Virus record (IMG/VR): IMGVR_UViG_3300010357_002195
Coordinates: 1 to 60,930 of that record
Strand: one strand, 5' to 3'
Source: a virus
Length of the DNA stretch: 60,930 nt
Part shown: in pieces, positions 19,401-28,571 of the stretch
Position numbering within the stretch: the stretch's first letter is position 1
Layout of the letters: each line of letters begins with the position of its first letter
Translations under genes and position numbers: made by a program
The notes under the pieces: generated by a model
What the model was told of the DNA's origin: nothing
Database searches by the model: none
Seen by the model: only the letters and a program-made list of their open reading frames with translations

Positions 19401-20950
19401 TGGATGCTAAATTTATAAAGGGCCAAGATCCTAGAAAAGCAATGGATATTGGTCTTTCAAGATATGAAAATACCTGGGATAGAATATATCCCGCCAATAC
19501 TCCATATTCACCCGAAGAAGCTATTCAATATTTAAGAAAGACTTCTCTCAAGCCTTATATTGTTAAAAACTTACCGAGACAGCCCGATTGGACTATAGAT
19601 TATCAGGTAAAAATGCTTAATCATCTGATAACTCATGGTAATTTTGCTCCGTTTCCAGAAATTCGCCCGGAGAGAGAAATCCCATCTCTTACGATGAGAA
19701 GGATTTTTGATGAACTAGAAAATAAAGGAATTTTGGAATTTGATCGTTCTCGAAAACCTTATATAGTTTATCTGAAAGACCCTGAAGTAAATGAATCCAT
19801 AAATTTTGAAAGAGGTCTAGAGCCAAAAGATTCTTTAAAAATAGGACATTACCATAATCGAATGCTTGAAAAAGCTAGAGAAGAACTCAAAAATATTTTT
19901 GATGATATTCAAAAGAAATATGGTGGTAAAATCGATGTTCGCAAAGCCACATTTCTTCTTCAAACGGGAATCCGAGCTACTTGGATCCCTCCTACGTCTT
20001 CTTATAATTATGGCATTGAATTTTTCGAATCTAAAGACGACAATCAATATTATTTTACACCTATAAAATGGAATAAACCCGGAAAACCATTTGCTAATTT
20101 AAATTATGGCGGAAGAAAATCACCCCAAGAAGCTGCAAATGAAATAATAGCTCAATGGGGAGGAAAAATTGATGAATCATTGGATTTTGAAAGAGGACTA
20201 GATCCAAAAGCTTCTATAGATATAGGAACAAAAAATAGAATACTCAATAAATTAAAAAATATACATCATAATGAAATTGAATTAGGTAGCAAAAGAGATA
20301 TGCAAACTCTATGGGGATTTTATCCGATGGGTGAAGACTATTATATTTTTAGTTCAGTTTATCCAAAAAATTGGATAGAGGATATTTTAAAGGGATATGG
20401 TATTGATGAATTTTTACAATTCCCAGGAGAATATGAAGAAAAAAGATCCGCTGTATACAAGATAAAATATAAAATAAAAGGGCCTTTCAAAGAATATTTT
20501 AAAAATATAGGAGCATTTCCAAATTTTGTAAGTGAAGCAGTAAATTTTGAAAGAGGGATGGATCCTAAAAAAGCTATGAATATTGGCAAGAATAAAAATA
20601 ATTTCTTTGCTACTATTCCTTCAATGCCTTTTATGGAAGCTTGTGAAAAATATCCATGGTTTGAAAATCTGTTTGCTGGAGAACAAAATAATTTACTTAC
20701 AGCAGCAGCTAAAATGTTACAAACATCAGAGCAAAAAGTTGGGGTAGGCATTTGGCCTAATGATCCAGAAGATATTCCATTAAATCCAAATGATTTAATT
20801 CTTGATCAATATATCGAAAGGGAAGATTGGGTATATGATAAAGAAGATGAAGTGGGAAAATTCCAGTTAATTGGATCATCGACTAGAGAAATTTATATTA
20901 AAAACCAAATTACAGAAGATATTTTATGTATTTTGGGAACTATTTATTAA
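19400..20950 (+). CDS. Four-module FERG-tag polyprotein-like protein
   Basis: Tags at about 19400, 19787, 20168 and 20528, spaced about 120-130 aa apart, with unrelated module bodies. Confidence 0.8.
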   Translation: MDAKFIKGQDPRKAMDIGLSRYENTWDRIYPANTPYSPEEAIQYLRKTSLKPYIVKNLPRQPDWTIDYQVKMLNHLITHGNFAPFPEIRPEREIPSLTMRRIFDELENKGILEFDRSRKPYIVYLKDPEVNESINFERGLEPKDSLKIGHYHNRMLEKAREELKNIFDDIQKKYGGKIDVRKATFLLQTGIRATWIPPTSSYNYGIEFFESKDDNQYYFTPIKWNKPGKPFANLNYGGRKSPQEAANEIIAQWGGKIDESLDFERGLDPKASIDIGTKNRILNKLKNIHHNEIELGSKRDMQTLWGFYPMGEDYYIFSSVYPKNWIEDILKGYGIDEFLQFPGEYEEKRSAVYKIKYKIKGPFKEYFKNIGAFPNFVSEAVNFERGMDPKKAMNIGKNKNNFFATIPSMPFMEACEKYPWFENLFAGEQNNLLTAAAKMLQTSEQKVGVGIWPNDPEDIPLNPNDLILDQYIEREDWVYDKEDEVGKFQLIGSSTREIYIKNQITEDILCILGTIY

Positions 20951-20953
20951 TTT

Positions 20954-21733
20954 ATGAGAGCTCAATTTGTTTTAAATGAGGATTATAATAGTTTAAAGGA
21001 ATTACATAAAGTTTCCTTTGAGATCTTTTCCTGGTTTAAGGAAAAAAATATAAAGAGATTAAATCCTCTTAAAGAGGATTCTGATGAATTTGATATTCGA
21101 AATATAGTCGATTCTAAGAAATATGAAAAAATAGATAAATTTATTCAAAGCGGAATAGGATTAATCTACGGTGATATATCCGACGAAGAATGGCAGGAAG
21201 CTGGTGCAATCATTTATCCTCCAGATTACAAGAACGTATTTACACCGGAGTCATTAGAAAAATATAAGGTATTTAAATCAGGCTTTATAATTTTTTGCTC
21301 TAGAGAAAATTTATTACATGAATTACAGCATGCTTATGATTATTGGATAAGTGGAGGAAAAAATCAAAGATCCGGATATAATGGATTGCAGGGAAAGATT
21401 CTATCAAATTCTGGAATAAACTATGATGCTGAGGTAGCCAAATATTATCTGGACCCTGTCGAACTAAATGCTTATTTTTCTGAAGCAATCTCCGGCCATT
21501 ATTGGGCTGGATTGGAACAAACTATGGAAAAGAAAAATAGGGATTATGTATTTTATGATTGGAATGATCAGTTATATTGGTTTAAAAAGGGATTTGAACC
21601 ATGGGAATATATCTCCGAATCCCAAAAGAAAAAATATATAAATAAATTTTACATTTACTATTCCAGGGTAAAAGAAATATGGGAGTCTGAAGGATTAGAT
21701 GGGTTGAAGAAAAGAAATCTTAAAATAAGATGA
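20954..21733 (+). CDS. HExxH zincin-like metallopeptidase with MRAQFVLNE leader
   Basis: LLHELQHAYD and downstream YYLDPVELNAY. Confidence 0.65.
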   Translation: MRAQFVLNEDYNSLKELHKVSFEIFSWFKEKNIKRLNPLKEDSDEFDIRNIVDSKKYEKIDKFIQSGIGLIYGDISDEEWQEAGAIIYPPDYKNVFTPESLEKYKVFKSGFIIFCSRENLLHELQHAYDYWISGGKNQRSGYNGLQGKILSNSGINYDAEVAKYYLDPVELNAYFSEAISGHYWAGLEQTMEKKNRDYVFYDWNDQLYWFKKGFEPWEYISESQKKKYINKFYIYYSRVKEIWESEGLDGLKKRNLKIR

Positions 21734-22086
21734 GAGCACAATTTGTAAGAGGTATCGATCCTAAGGATTCTATGAACATCGGAAATAAGCATGCTAGAGA
21801 AGCACAAAAACTTATGGCGGCTTTTAAAGAAATTGATCCTTCTTTAGAACCTAGGATTACTGATGATAAAACTACTGAAGCCGGAGAAATGGTAGTAGTT
21901 TCTGTTTTTAAGGATAAAAAAATTATCAAATCTTCCAAGGACAAATATCAATTAGATGCTTATTCTTTGGCTTGGGTAAAATCTGGATTAGAATATTATT
22001 TTGCTTCTACAACATATATGGATAGGCAAATGACCTTTACTAAATTGGAAAAAGCTAAAGAAAAAATAAGAGAATATTTAGAGTAA
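21730..22086 (+). CDS. Single-module FERG-tag protein
   Basis: MRAQFVRGIDPKDSMNIG. Confidence 0.7.
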   Translation: MRAQFVRGIDPKDSMNIGNKHAREAQKLMAAFKEIDPSLEPRITDDKTTEAGEMVVVSVFKDKKIIKSSKDKYQLDAYSLAWVKSGLEYYFASTTYMDRQMTFTKLEKAKEKIREYLE

Positions 22087-22113
22087 AATTTAACGAAAAG
22101 TTAATAAAATAAT

Positions 22114-22140
22114 GAGGCGGAGCACAAAACTTCGCCTTTG
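22114..22140 (+). terminator. Probable intrinsic terminator
   Basis: AGGCGGAG...CTTCGCCT stem followed by T-rich sequence. Confidence 0.55.
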
Positions 22141-22221
22141 TTTTTGGATATATACATAGATAAATGAGCTAAAGGTACCTAAAAAGCTAAATTGTCTTAC
22201 TAACTAAAATGTCTTAAAACT

Positions 22222-23229
22222 ATGAGTAATGTAGAAAACTACGATGCGTTCTTTACGCCGGGGGTAGAAGCTCCCTCAACAACCTCTAAACAAACAGAGG
22301 AGTACAATCCAACCGCCGATAAGGGAAAAGGTGGAATTTATCAGTCCATCATTCGTTTTATTCCCTGGCACCAAGATCCAAAACACGGTTCTATTCAAGA
22401 AAAATGGGTATCATATTTGGTTGACCCTGTTACACAGCGTGGCCGATATATTGATTGCCCCAGTTCTGTGGGTAAGCCATCACCTCTCCAGGATATTTAC
22501 TGGAAACTTCGCAAAAGCGAAAGTGTTCAAATGCAGAAACTTGCCGTCAACTTTTCACGTAGGCACTCTTATGCTTCACTTGTTCAGGTCATTCGTGACG
22601 AGAATAACCCCGAAGCAGAGGGTAAGATTATGGTCTTCCGTTATGGAGTTAAGATATGGGAAAAGATACAGGCTGAACTCAAACCTGTTATCGGTGAATC
22701 TCATGATCCATTCGATATTCTCCAGGGAAAAGCTTTCGCTTTAGTAATTACTAAGGTTTCAGGATTCAACAACTATGATCAGTCAAAGTTCGTTGATAAG
22801 AGAATTCCCCTTTGCATTCCTAATGCAGATGGAAAACTTGTTCCTGTCACTCCTCAGGGTAACAAGAAAGAAATTTTCGAATGGGTTAAAGCTAACTCCC
22901 CAGATCTTTCTAAATACTCTTATAAAGAGTGGGATCAGGATACTTATGATTATGTAAATCATGTAATCGTAGCTGTTACTGGAGAAGGTACAGTTTCACA
23001 GAAATATGCTAATGTTGTTAGCAAAGATTCAGCTGCTCCAAAATCCGGTACAGCTGGTGATGCAACTCTTCAGGGGAAAGCGGGTATAACTTCGTCTGAT
23101 ATAAGTGTAGATGATCTTGACCTTGGCGGAGATAATCTTGACATTCCGGATCTTGACCTTGGAAACATAGGTGGTTCCAAAGGTGCCAGTGATCTTGGAG
23201 ACCTCGACGACATCATCGGAAAGATGTAA
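22222..23229 (+). CDS. T4 gp32-like single-stranded DNA-binding protein
   Basis: IIRFIPW, YIDCPSS, IMVFRYGVKIWEKI, PFD...KVSGFNNYDQSKF and an acidic DDLD tail. Confidence 0.9.
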   Translation: MSNVENYDAFFTPGVEAPSTTSKQTEEYNPTADKGKGGIYQSIIRFIPWHQDPKHGSIQEKWVSYLVDPVTQRGRYIDCPSSVGKPSPLQDIYWKLRKSESVQMQKLAVNFSRRHSYASLVQVIRDENNPEAEGKIMVFRYGVKIWEKIQAELKPVIGESHDPFDILQGKAFALVITKVSGFNNYDQSKFVDKRIPLCIPNADGKLVPVTPQGNKKEIFEWVKANSPDLSKYSYKEWDQDTYDYVNHVIVAVTGEGTVSQKYANVVSKDSAAPKSGTAGDATLQGKAGITSSDISVDDLDLGGDNLDIPDLDLGNIGGSKGASDLGDLDDIIGKM

Positions 23230-23285
23230 ATAAAACTTGAGCATGATCTTTAGGGGGGATGAAGTAATTTGTCCTCCCAAAGATT

Positions 23286-24407
23286 ATGTTAAAAGAATTT
23301 CGTATGAGCGCCTTATTTGACACATCAACATTCTTTGATTTTGAGGAACTTGATAGAAAAGTTTCTCCTGATCAGCTTTTAAATATTCTTATGAATAATT
23401 TTGAGAATATTTCAAGAGCAAGATTTCCTTCTGACCCGATTAAACAAAAAATTCATAAACATTCAAAAAGGATAACGGGCAGCTGTCCTTATTGTGGCGA
23501 CTCTATGCAAAGCTCTTGGAAACAAAGAGGAAATATAATCTTAGAGGGAAAACACAAATTTTATTATAAATGTTTTAACTGTGGGGAATTTAAGAGAGTA
23601 GATCAATTCTTTAAGGATTTTAAAATAGACCTAACCTTAGATGTCCTTACGTATATAGCGGAAAATAAGGGGGATTTCACCTCAGTAGCAGGAAAGTATG
23701 ATATTTCTCTTCTACTGGATGTTCCGACCATTGAGGGGTATGCCATTGACAGACAGGAGATCAAAAAGAGATTTGGTTTAATCGAAGCGAAAGATTCTCC
23801 TGTCTGGTCATGGTTAAATAGAAGATTACAATTTAAAGAAGAATATTTTCTATATAGCACTTATCATAATTTTTTATTAATCCTAAATTTAACACCATCG
23901 GGAAAGATTTTGGGATTTCAAAAAAGAAGATTCCTAAGAAACCATGGGGGATATATGACCTATGGTGCTACAAAAATGTATGAATTATTAGGAAAGACAG
24001 AACAGGTTCCTGATGAAATAGAAACCCTTTCTCAACTTTTTAATATTTGCAGAATAAATTTCAATCGTCCTGTAACTATATTTGAAGGACCTTTGGATTC
24101 TTTCTTGTTTCCGAATTCTATTGCAAACGGGGGAGCTAATAAATCTTTTCCTATTGAAATGCCCAGAAGATATTTTTATGATGATGATGCCACGGGCAGA
24201 AGTAATGCTCTTAAAAGAATCAATGAAGGCTATCAAATTTTTCTTTGGGATAGGCTAAAAAGAGATTATGGTCTTCCCCCTAAACCAGCATTTGGAAGAA
24301 AATGGGATCTAAATGATTTCATGATATGGTTAAAGATGAATAAGGCTGTAGTTCCTATGTGGGATAAATATTTTACTGATGACCCAATGGATTTAATTGA
24401 ATTATGA
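23286..24407 (+). CDS. T4 gp61-like DNA primase
   Basis: Zn ribbon CPYCGDS...YKCFNCG, TOPRIM IFEGPLDSFL and FYDDD, plus KWDLND. Confidence 0.9.
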   Translation: MLKEFRMSALFDTSTFFDFEELDRKVSPDQLLNILMNNFENISRARFPSDPIKQKIHKHSKRITGSCPYCGDSMQSSWKQRGNIILEGKHKFYYKCFNCGEFKRVDQFFKDFKIDLTLDVLTYIAENKGDFTSVAGKYDISLLLDVPTIEGYAIDRQEIKKRFGLIEAKDSPVWSWLNRRLQFKEEYFLYSTYHNFLLILNLTPSGKILGFQKRRFLRNHGGYMTYGATKMYELLGKTEQVPDEIETLSQLFNICRINFNRPVTIFEGPLDSFLFPNSIANGGANKSFPIEMPRRYFYDDDATGRSNALKRINEGYQIFLWDRLKRDYGLPPKPAFGRKWDLNDFMIWLKMNKAVVPMWDKYFTDDPMDLIEL

Positions 24408-24577
24408 AACCACTCGATCCAAAACTAAAATGGAATTTTAATTTCGATGAGGAAATACCTAATTTAGATATTAAAATTTCTAATCCTAAAAAGGAAAACA
24501 AAAAAACAAAAATAGAAATATTTAAACCGAAAAAGAATGGAAAACGAGACTCTTCCACAAATACCGAGCTCTTTTGA
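24404..24577 (+). CDS. Small basic hypothetical protein (57 aa, not in ORF track)
   Basis: ATG overlaps the primase stop (ATGA). Sequence MKPLDPKLKWNFNF... Confidence 0.4.
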   Translation: MKPLDPKLKWNFNFDEEIPNLDIKISNPKKENKKTKIEIFKPKKNGKRDSSTNTELF

Positions 24578-25043
24578 CGACTTTATAAAAGAAGAGGTTC
24601 CTGAAAATAAAGAAGGCCAAGATACTATGGAAGCTCGTTTCGCTAAGGAAAGAGTTGAATGGAAATCTAAAGTTCAGAATATGTCTATAATGATGAAAAG
24701 ACTTCCTGACGTTGCTGAACTTATGACCAATATCTATACAGAACGACAGCAAGCTGTAGAATATTATCATTATCTTTTAACTCTTTTGCAAAAGGTAAAT
24801 AAAACTTATCGCAAACAGTTTTCAGAAAAATATGATTTCTATACTTATAAATCACAAAAAAGATTTCCTAATGAAAGGGTAAAAGAGATTCAAATAATGG
24901 CCGATCTTGGGCCTATTCTCATTATACGTGAACAAATAGAAAACCACTCTAAATACATCGATAAAACTATCGGGACAATTGACAATATAATTTTTGGTAT
25001 AAAGTCCAGAATTGAAATAGAACAGATAATGAGAGGAAAATAA
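24537..25043 (+). CDS. UvsY-like recombination mediator
   Basis: Helical protein with YDFY and a C-terminal KTIGTIDNIIFGIKSRIEIEQIMRG pattern, located near UvsW. Confidence 0.6.
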   Translation: MENETLPQIPSSFDDFIKEEVPENKEGQDTMEARFAKERVEWKSKVQNMSIMMKRLPDVAELMTNIYTERQQAVEYYHYLLTLLQKVNKTYRKQFSEKYDFYTYKSQKRFPNERVKEIQIMADLGPILIIREQIENHSKYIDKTIGTIDNIIFGIKSRIEIEQIMRGK

Positions 25044-25393
25044 TGAGAGCTAAAACAATTTCCAAAAATATTGCTATAACTCTTCCTGCTTCAACAGACT
25101 GGAATGAATATCAGAAGGAGTTGGATTTAGTTAAGGATTATAAATATGTCCTTAATTTTAAAGTTCCTAATTTTCCAACGCAATCTGGAAAGGGAGCTAA
25201 ATGTTATTTAAATTACAGAGGTAATTTAATTGGATGGATGGAGATAGTTGGTTTTTCGGAAGAGGAATTTACTTGCGAAGTTACGGGAAATAAATGGAAA
25301 GGAAAATTTATTCAAAGATCAGGTCCATTTCATTCTATTGATCCTATTCCAATGAAAGGATTTAGGGGATTTAAATATTTAGATAATGATTAA
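25043..25393 (+). CDS. PUA/ASCH-like small domain protein with MRAKT leader
   Basis: CYLNYRGNLIGWMEIVG...IPMKGFRGFKY resembles ASCH/EVE C-termini. Confidence 0.4.
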   Translation: MRAKTISKNIAITLPASTDWNEYQKELDLVKDYKYVLNFKVPNFPTQSGKGAKCYLNYRGNLIGWMEIVGFSEEEFTCEVTGNKWKGKFIQRSGPFHSIDPIPMKGFRGFKYLDND

Positions 25394-25805
25394 GGAGATT
25401 GCAGATTATTACGGAGTCGAATTAGTAGAAGTCCAAGCAGGTGATAAATATTGCAAAGCTAATGGAGAGGATACTTATATAAATCGCAGTTTTGTTGCAG
25501 GAAAATATATTGAATTAGGAATTTATGCGGACCCCGAAAAACGATTAGTTTCTTTTTTTCATGAGATGGGTCACATATTAACTCCGAAAGGGGTTAATAA
25601 TAAATGTCGAACAAAATACCAGGTTGAAGAAAAAGCCTGGAAATATGGATATAAATTGGCTAAATCTTTTGGAATAGAATTTAACAAAGATACAAAACAA
25701 TGGGCCAAAGAACAATTAAATGGATACAAAGGATACGAGGAAAGGGAGATGGGTGAAGAGGTATGGGCCCAAATAAAAAAAGATCGAGGTTGGGATGATT
25801 TATGA
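25386..25805 (+). CDS. HExxH metallopeptidase-like (IrrE/ImmA-like)
   Basis: SFFHEMGHI...VEEKAWKYG. Confidence 0.65.
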   Translation: MIKEIADYYGVELVEVQAGDKYCKANGEDTYINRSFVAGKYIELGIYADPEKRLVSFFHEMGHILTPKGVNNKCRTKYQVEEKAWKYGYKLAKSFGIEFNKDTKQWAKEQLNGYKGYEEREMGEEVWAQIKKDRGWDDL

Positions 25806-27343
25806 GGTTAAAGGTAGATGATAATAGACAATATTTAGTTGTAGAGGATTGCACCCAATTAGAATTGGAGCAAATGGAATCGTCGTTTACAAAAAAAGTG
25901 GACAACTGGTTTATTATCAAAAAGAAAATACCTCACTGGGATGGTGAAATAAAATTCATCGACAGATATAATAGAATTCCTATAGGACTATGGGGGGAAG
26001 TTAGATCTCTTGCTAAAAAATACAATTTTCCTCTTTCAATCGAAGGAGCAGATCTTTTAATCGATAAGGATTTTTCTGAAGAAGATTTTTATAACTGGAT
26101 GAATGATTTCTTTCCTGATCCAGAAAATTTTACATTGAGGGATTATCAGATTCAAGCTTGTTTAAAAGCACTTAAATTTCGTTTTTGTACCGAAGAAATA
26201 TCAACTTCGGGGGGAAAGACCATTATTGCGTATGCCATATTTAGATACCTTTTTGATCGAAAGAAGATCAAGAAGATGTTATATGTGGTCCCCAATATTG
26301 ATCTCGTTACACAAACTCAAGAAAAATTCTATGCTTATGAATCTCAAATAAGTGATAAAGATCCTGTTTGGAAAAGTCAATGTGTTTATTCTGGAGCTGG
26401 AAAAGAAAAGCTTAATGTAGATATTGTATTCGGAACTTATCAAAGCTTATCTAAAAGAAGTGTCGAATATTTTTCCCAATTTGATTCTATAATAATAGAC
26501 GAAACCCATCACGCAAAGGCAGATTCTATAAAAAATATTATAGTAAAGTGTATAAATGCCACTTTTTATAAAATAGGACTAACAGGAACACTTCCAAAAG
26601 AAGGAACATGTAGCTCCTTTACAATACAAGCTTATTTAGGACCAAAAGTTTTCACTTTGGAATCTTTTGAATTAATAGAAAGGGGAAATGCTACTCCTGT
26701 GAATGTTATTGGAATTGAATTGGATTATTTGCCTGCTGAAAAGAAAAGAGACCTTTATGAATTAAGAGATGTTGAAGTAGATGAAAAAGATGGTGCAAAA
26801 CTTCTTAATACAGAAAAGGAAATTGCTCGTGAAAATAGAAAGAGATTAATTTATATCTGCGAGATGGTTGCAAAAACTAAGAAAAATACTTTAGTTCTTT
26901 TTGCAGACGTTAAGCATGAATATGGAAGAAGGATTTATGATTGGTTAAGAGAAAACTCTAACAAAAATGTTTATTATATTGATGGTAATACGAAAGTGGA
27001 CAACAGAGATTTCTTCAAGAGAAAAATGGAAGAAGAGGACGACACCGTGCTTGTTGCATCCACGGGCACATTCTCGGAGGGAATTGACCTTCCAAATATC
27101 CACAATCTTTTCATAACTGAAAGTCATAAAAGCGAAATCATTATTCGCCAGATGCTTGGACGTCCAATGAGATTAAAAGAGGAAAAGGATAAAGTAGTTG
27201 TGGTGGATTTTAGTGATAACTTTTATTGGAATGGGCCTAATACTTTCCAAAAGAAAAATTATTTAATGCGACATGCTGCGGAAAGAGAAAAGGTATACAA
27301 GGAAAAGAAATTTCCATTTAAGAAATTTAAGGTGAAGCTATAA
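25802..27343 (+). CDS. uvsW: UvsW-like SF2 DNA helicase
   Basis: LRDYQ, STSGGKT, IIIDETHH, GLTGT, GTFSEGID and QMLGRPMR. Confidence 0.9.
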   Translation: MRLKVDDNRQYLVVEDCTQLELEQMESSFTKKVDNWFIIKKKIPHWDGEIKFIDRYNRIPIGLWGEVRSLAKKYNFPLSIEGADLLIDKDFSEEDFYNWMNDFFPDPENFTLRDYQIQACLKALKFRFCTEEISTSGGKTIIAYAIFRYLFDRKKIKKMLYVVPNIDLVTQTQEKFYAYESQISDKDPVWKSQCVYSGAGKEKLNVDIVFGTYQSLSKRSVEYFSQFDSIIIDETHHAKADSIKNIIVKCINATFYKIGLTGTLPKEGTCSSFTIQAYLGPKVFTLESFELIERGNATPVNVIGIELDYLPAEKKRDLYELRDVEVDEKDGAKLLNTEKEIARENRKRLIYICEMVAKTKKNTLVLFADVKHEYGRRIYDWLRENSNKNVYYIDGNTKVDNRDFFKRKMEEEDDTVLVASTGTFSEGIDLPNIHNLFITESHKSEIIIRQMLGRPMRLKEEKDKVVVVDFSDNFYWNGPNTFQKKNYLMRHAAEREKVYKEKKFPFKKFKVKL

Positions 27344-27358
27344 ACTTCACCTTTTTTA
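27329..27358 (+). terminator. Intrinsic terminator
   Basis: AAGGTGAAG...CTTCACCTT plus T-run. Confidence 0.75.
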
Positions 27359-27385
27359 TTGAATAAATAAAGAAAACTATATAAG

Positions 27386-28537
27386 ATGTCCGATTTTTTT
27401 GATCAGCCTGGAATTATTACTTTGCAAAATCAACCAGTAGACCCTAAGGGAAAATATGAATATAAAGCAATACTTACTCGAAGTGATTATGATAGAGAAA
27501 AGTGGGTATTAAAAATTGTAGGTCTTTATCCTAGCGGTATTTCTATGACTCCTGGGCAATGGTATTTAGATACTCTTTTGGGATTTGATAATACAGGCGG
27601 ACGAATTAGCGATAAAATCTTTATTGATTATGGGGCTGGATGGGCTGTAACAAATATGCTTGCTGTCTTAAAAGAGGCTGAAGAAATTATTTATGGAACA
27701 GAGGAATTGCAGGAGTCATTAAATGAGGGAGCGGTAAAAGATCTTTTATTAAGAGGACCTGGCAAAGAAGCATTTATTATTTGGGCAGAACAGCATTATC
27801 CTTTTGAAATGGAAGATCTATATCAATATGCTAAAGATAATGAATTAGGTATTCGCGAATTAAAGACACTTGCCGAACTTTATATGGAGGATTCTTCAGA
27901 TGAGGAAATTGAGATGCTTTCTGATTTAGTTATGACTATAATAGAAAGAGAAAGAGAAGAAGGATTAAATGAAGAAGTTATTGTAGATGAGAGAGGAAGA
28001 AAAACATGGAAGGATCCTTATGCTCATATTCCTTATAATTTAAGAAACTGGTATCAAAAACCAGAAAATCAAGAAGAATATATTAAATTTAGCGAAGAAC
28101 AAAAGAAAGAAGAAAAGAAAAGAAAAGCAAAAGCAGCTAAGAATAGACCTGAAGCTAAACAAAAAATATGGGATTTAGGAATGGAAATTCATTCTTTAGA
28201 ACAAGAAGTAAAAGAATTACATAGAAGCATGGATCAATTTGATATGGAAAAAGAAGAATTTTCCGGATGGGTAATAAGTCAATATGATGATAGGGTCCTC
28301 GATTTATTAAATTCTGGATTATCAGATCAGGAAAAAATCAAAGAGATGGAAAAATGGAATGTTGAACAAGATCGAAAGGATAAAGTAATTCCAAATACTA
28401 AACAATTATTATCAGAATATAAAACCTTTTATCCGGATGAAGAAGAGGATATATCATCTCAAATTGAATTAAAAGAAAAAGAAATAGAGCTTAAAGAAAA
28501 AGAGCTTGAAGAATTAGAAGATTTATATGGATATTAA
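27386..28537 (+). CDS. Hypothetical, probably head-associated protein with internal LxE sites
   Basis: LQESLNEG, GLNEE and a coiled-coil C-terminus. GAATAAATAA at 27361-27370. Confidence 0.5.
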   Translation: MSDFFDQPGIITLQNQPVDPKGKYEYKAILTRSDYDREKWVLKIVGLYPSGISMTPGQWYLDTLLGFDNTGGRISDKIFIDYGAGWAVTNMLAVLKEAEEIIYGTEELQESLNEGAVKDLLLRGPGKEAFIIWAEQHYPFEMEDLYQYAKDNELGIRELKTLAELYMEDSSDEEIEMLSDLVMTIIEREREEGLNEEVIVDERGRKTWKDPYAHIPYNLRNWYQKPENQEEYIKFSEEQKKEEKKRKAKAAKNRPEAKQKIWDLGMEIHSLEQEVKELHRSMDQFDMEKEEFSGWVISQYDDRVLDLLNSGLSDQEKIKEMEKWNVEQDRKDKVIPNTKQLLSEYKTFYPDEEEDISSQIELKEKEIELKEKELEELEDLYGY

Positions 28538-28541
28538 AATA

Positions 28542-28567
28542 AAAAAGGGAGCAAAAGCTCCCTTTTT
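28542..28567. terminator. Bidirectional terminator
   Basis: AAAAAGGGAGC-AAAA-GCTCCCTTTTT between convergent genes. Confidence 0.8.
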
Positions 28568-28571
28568 CGTA

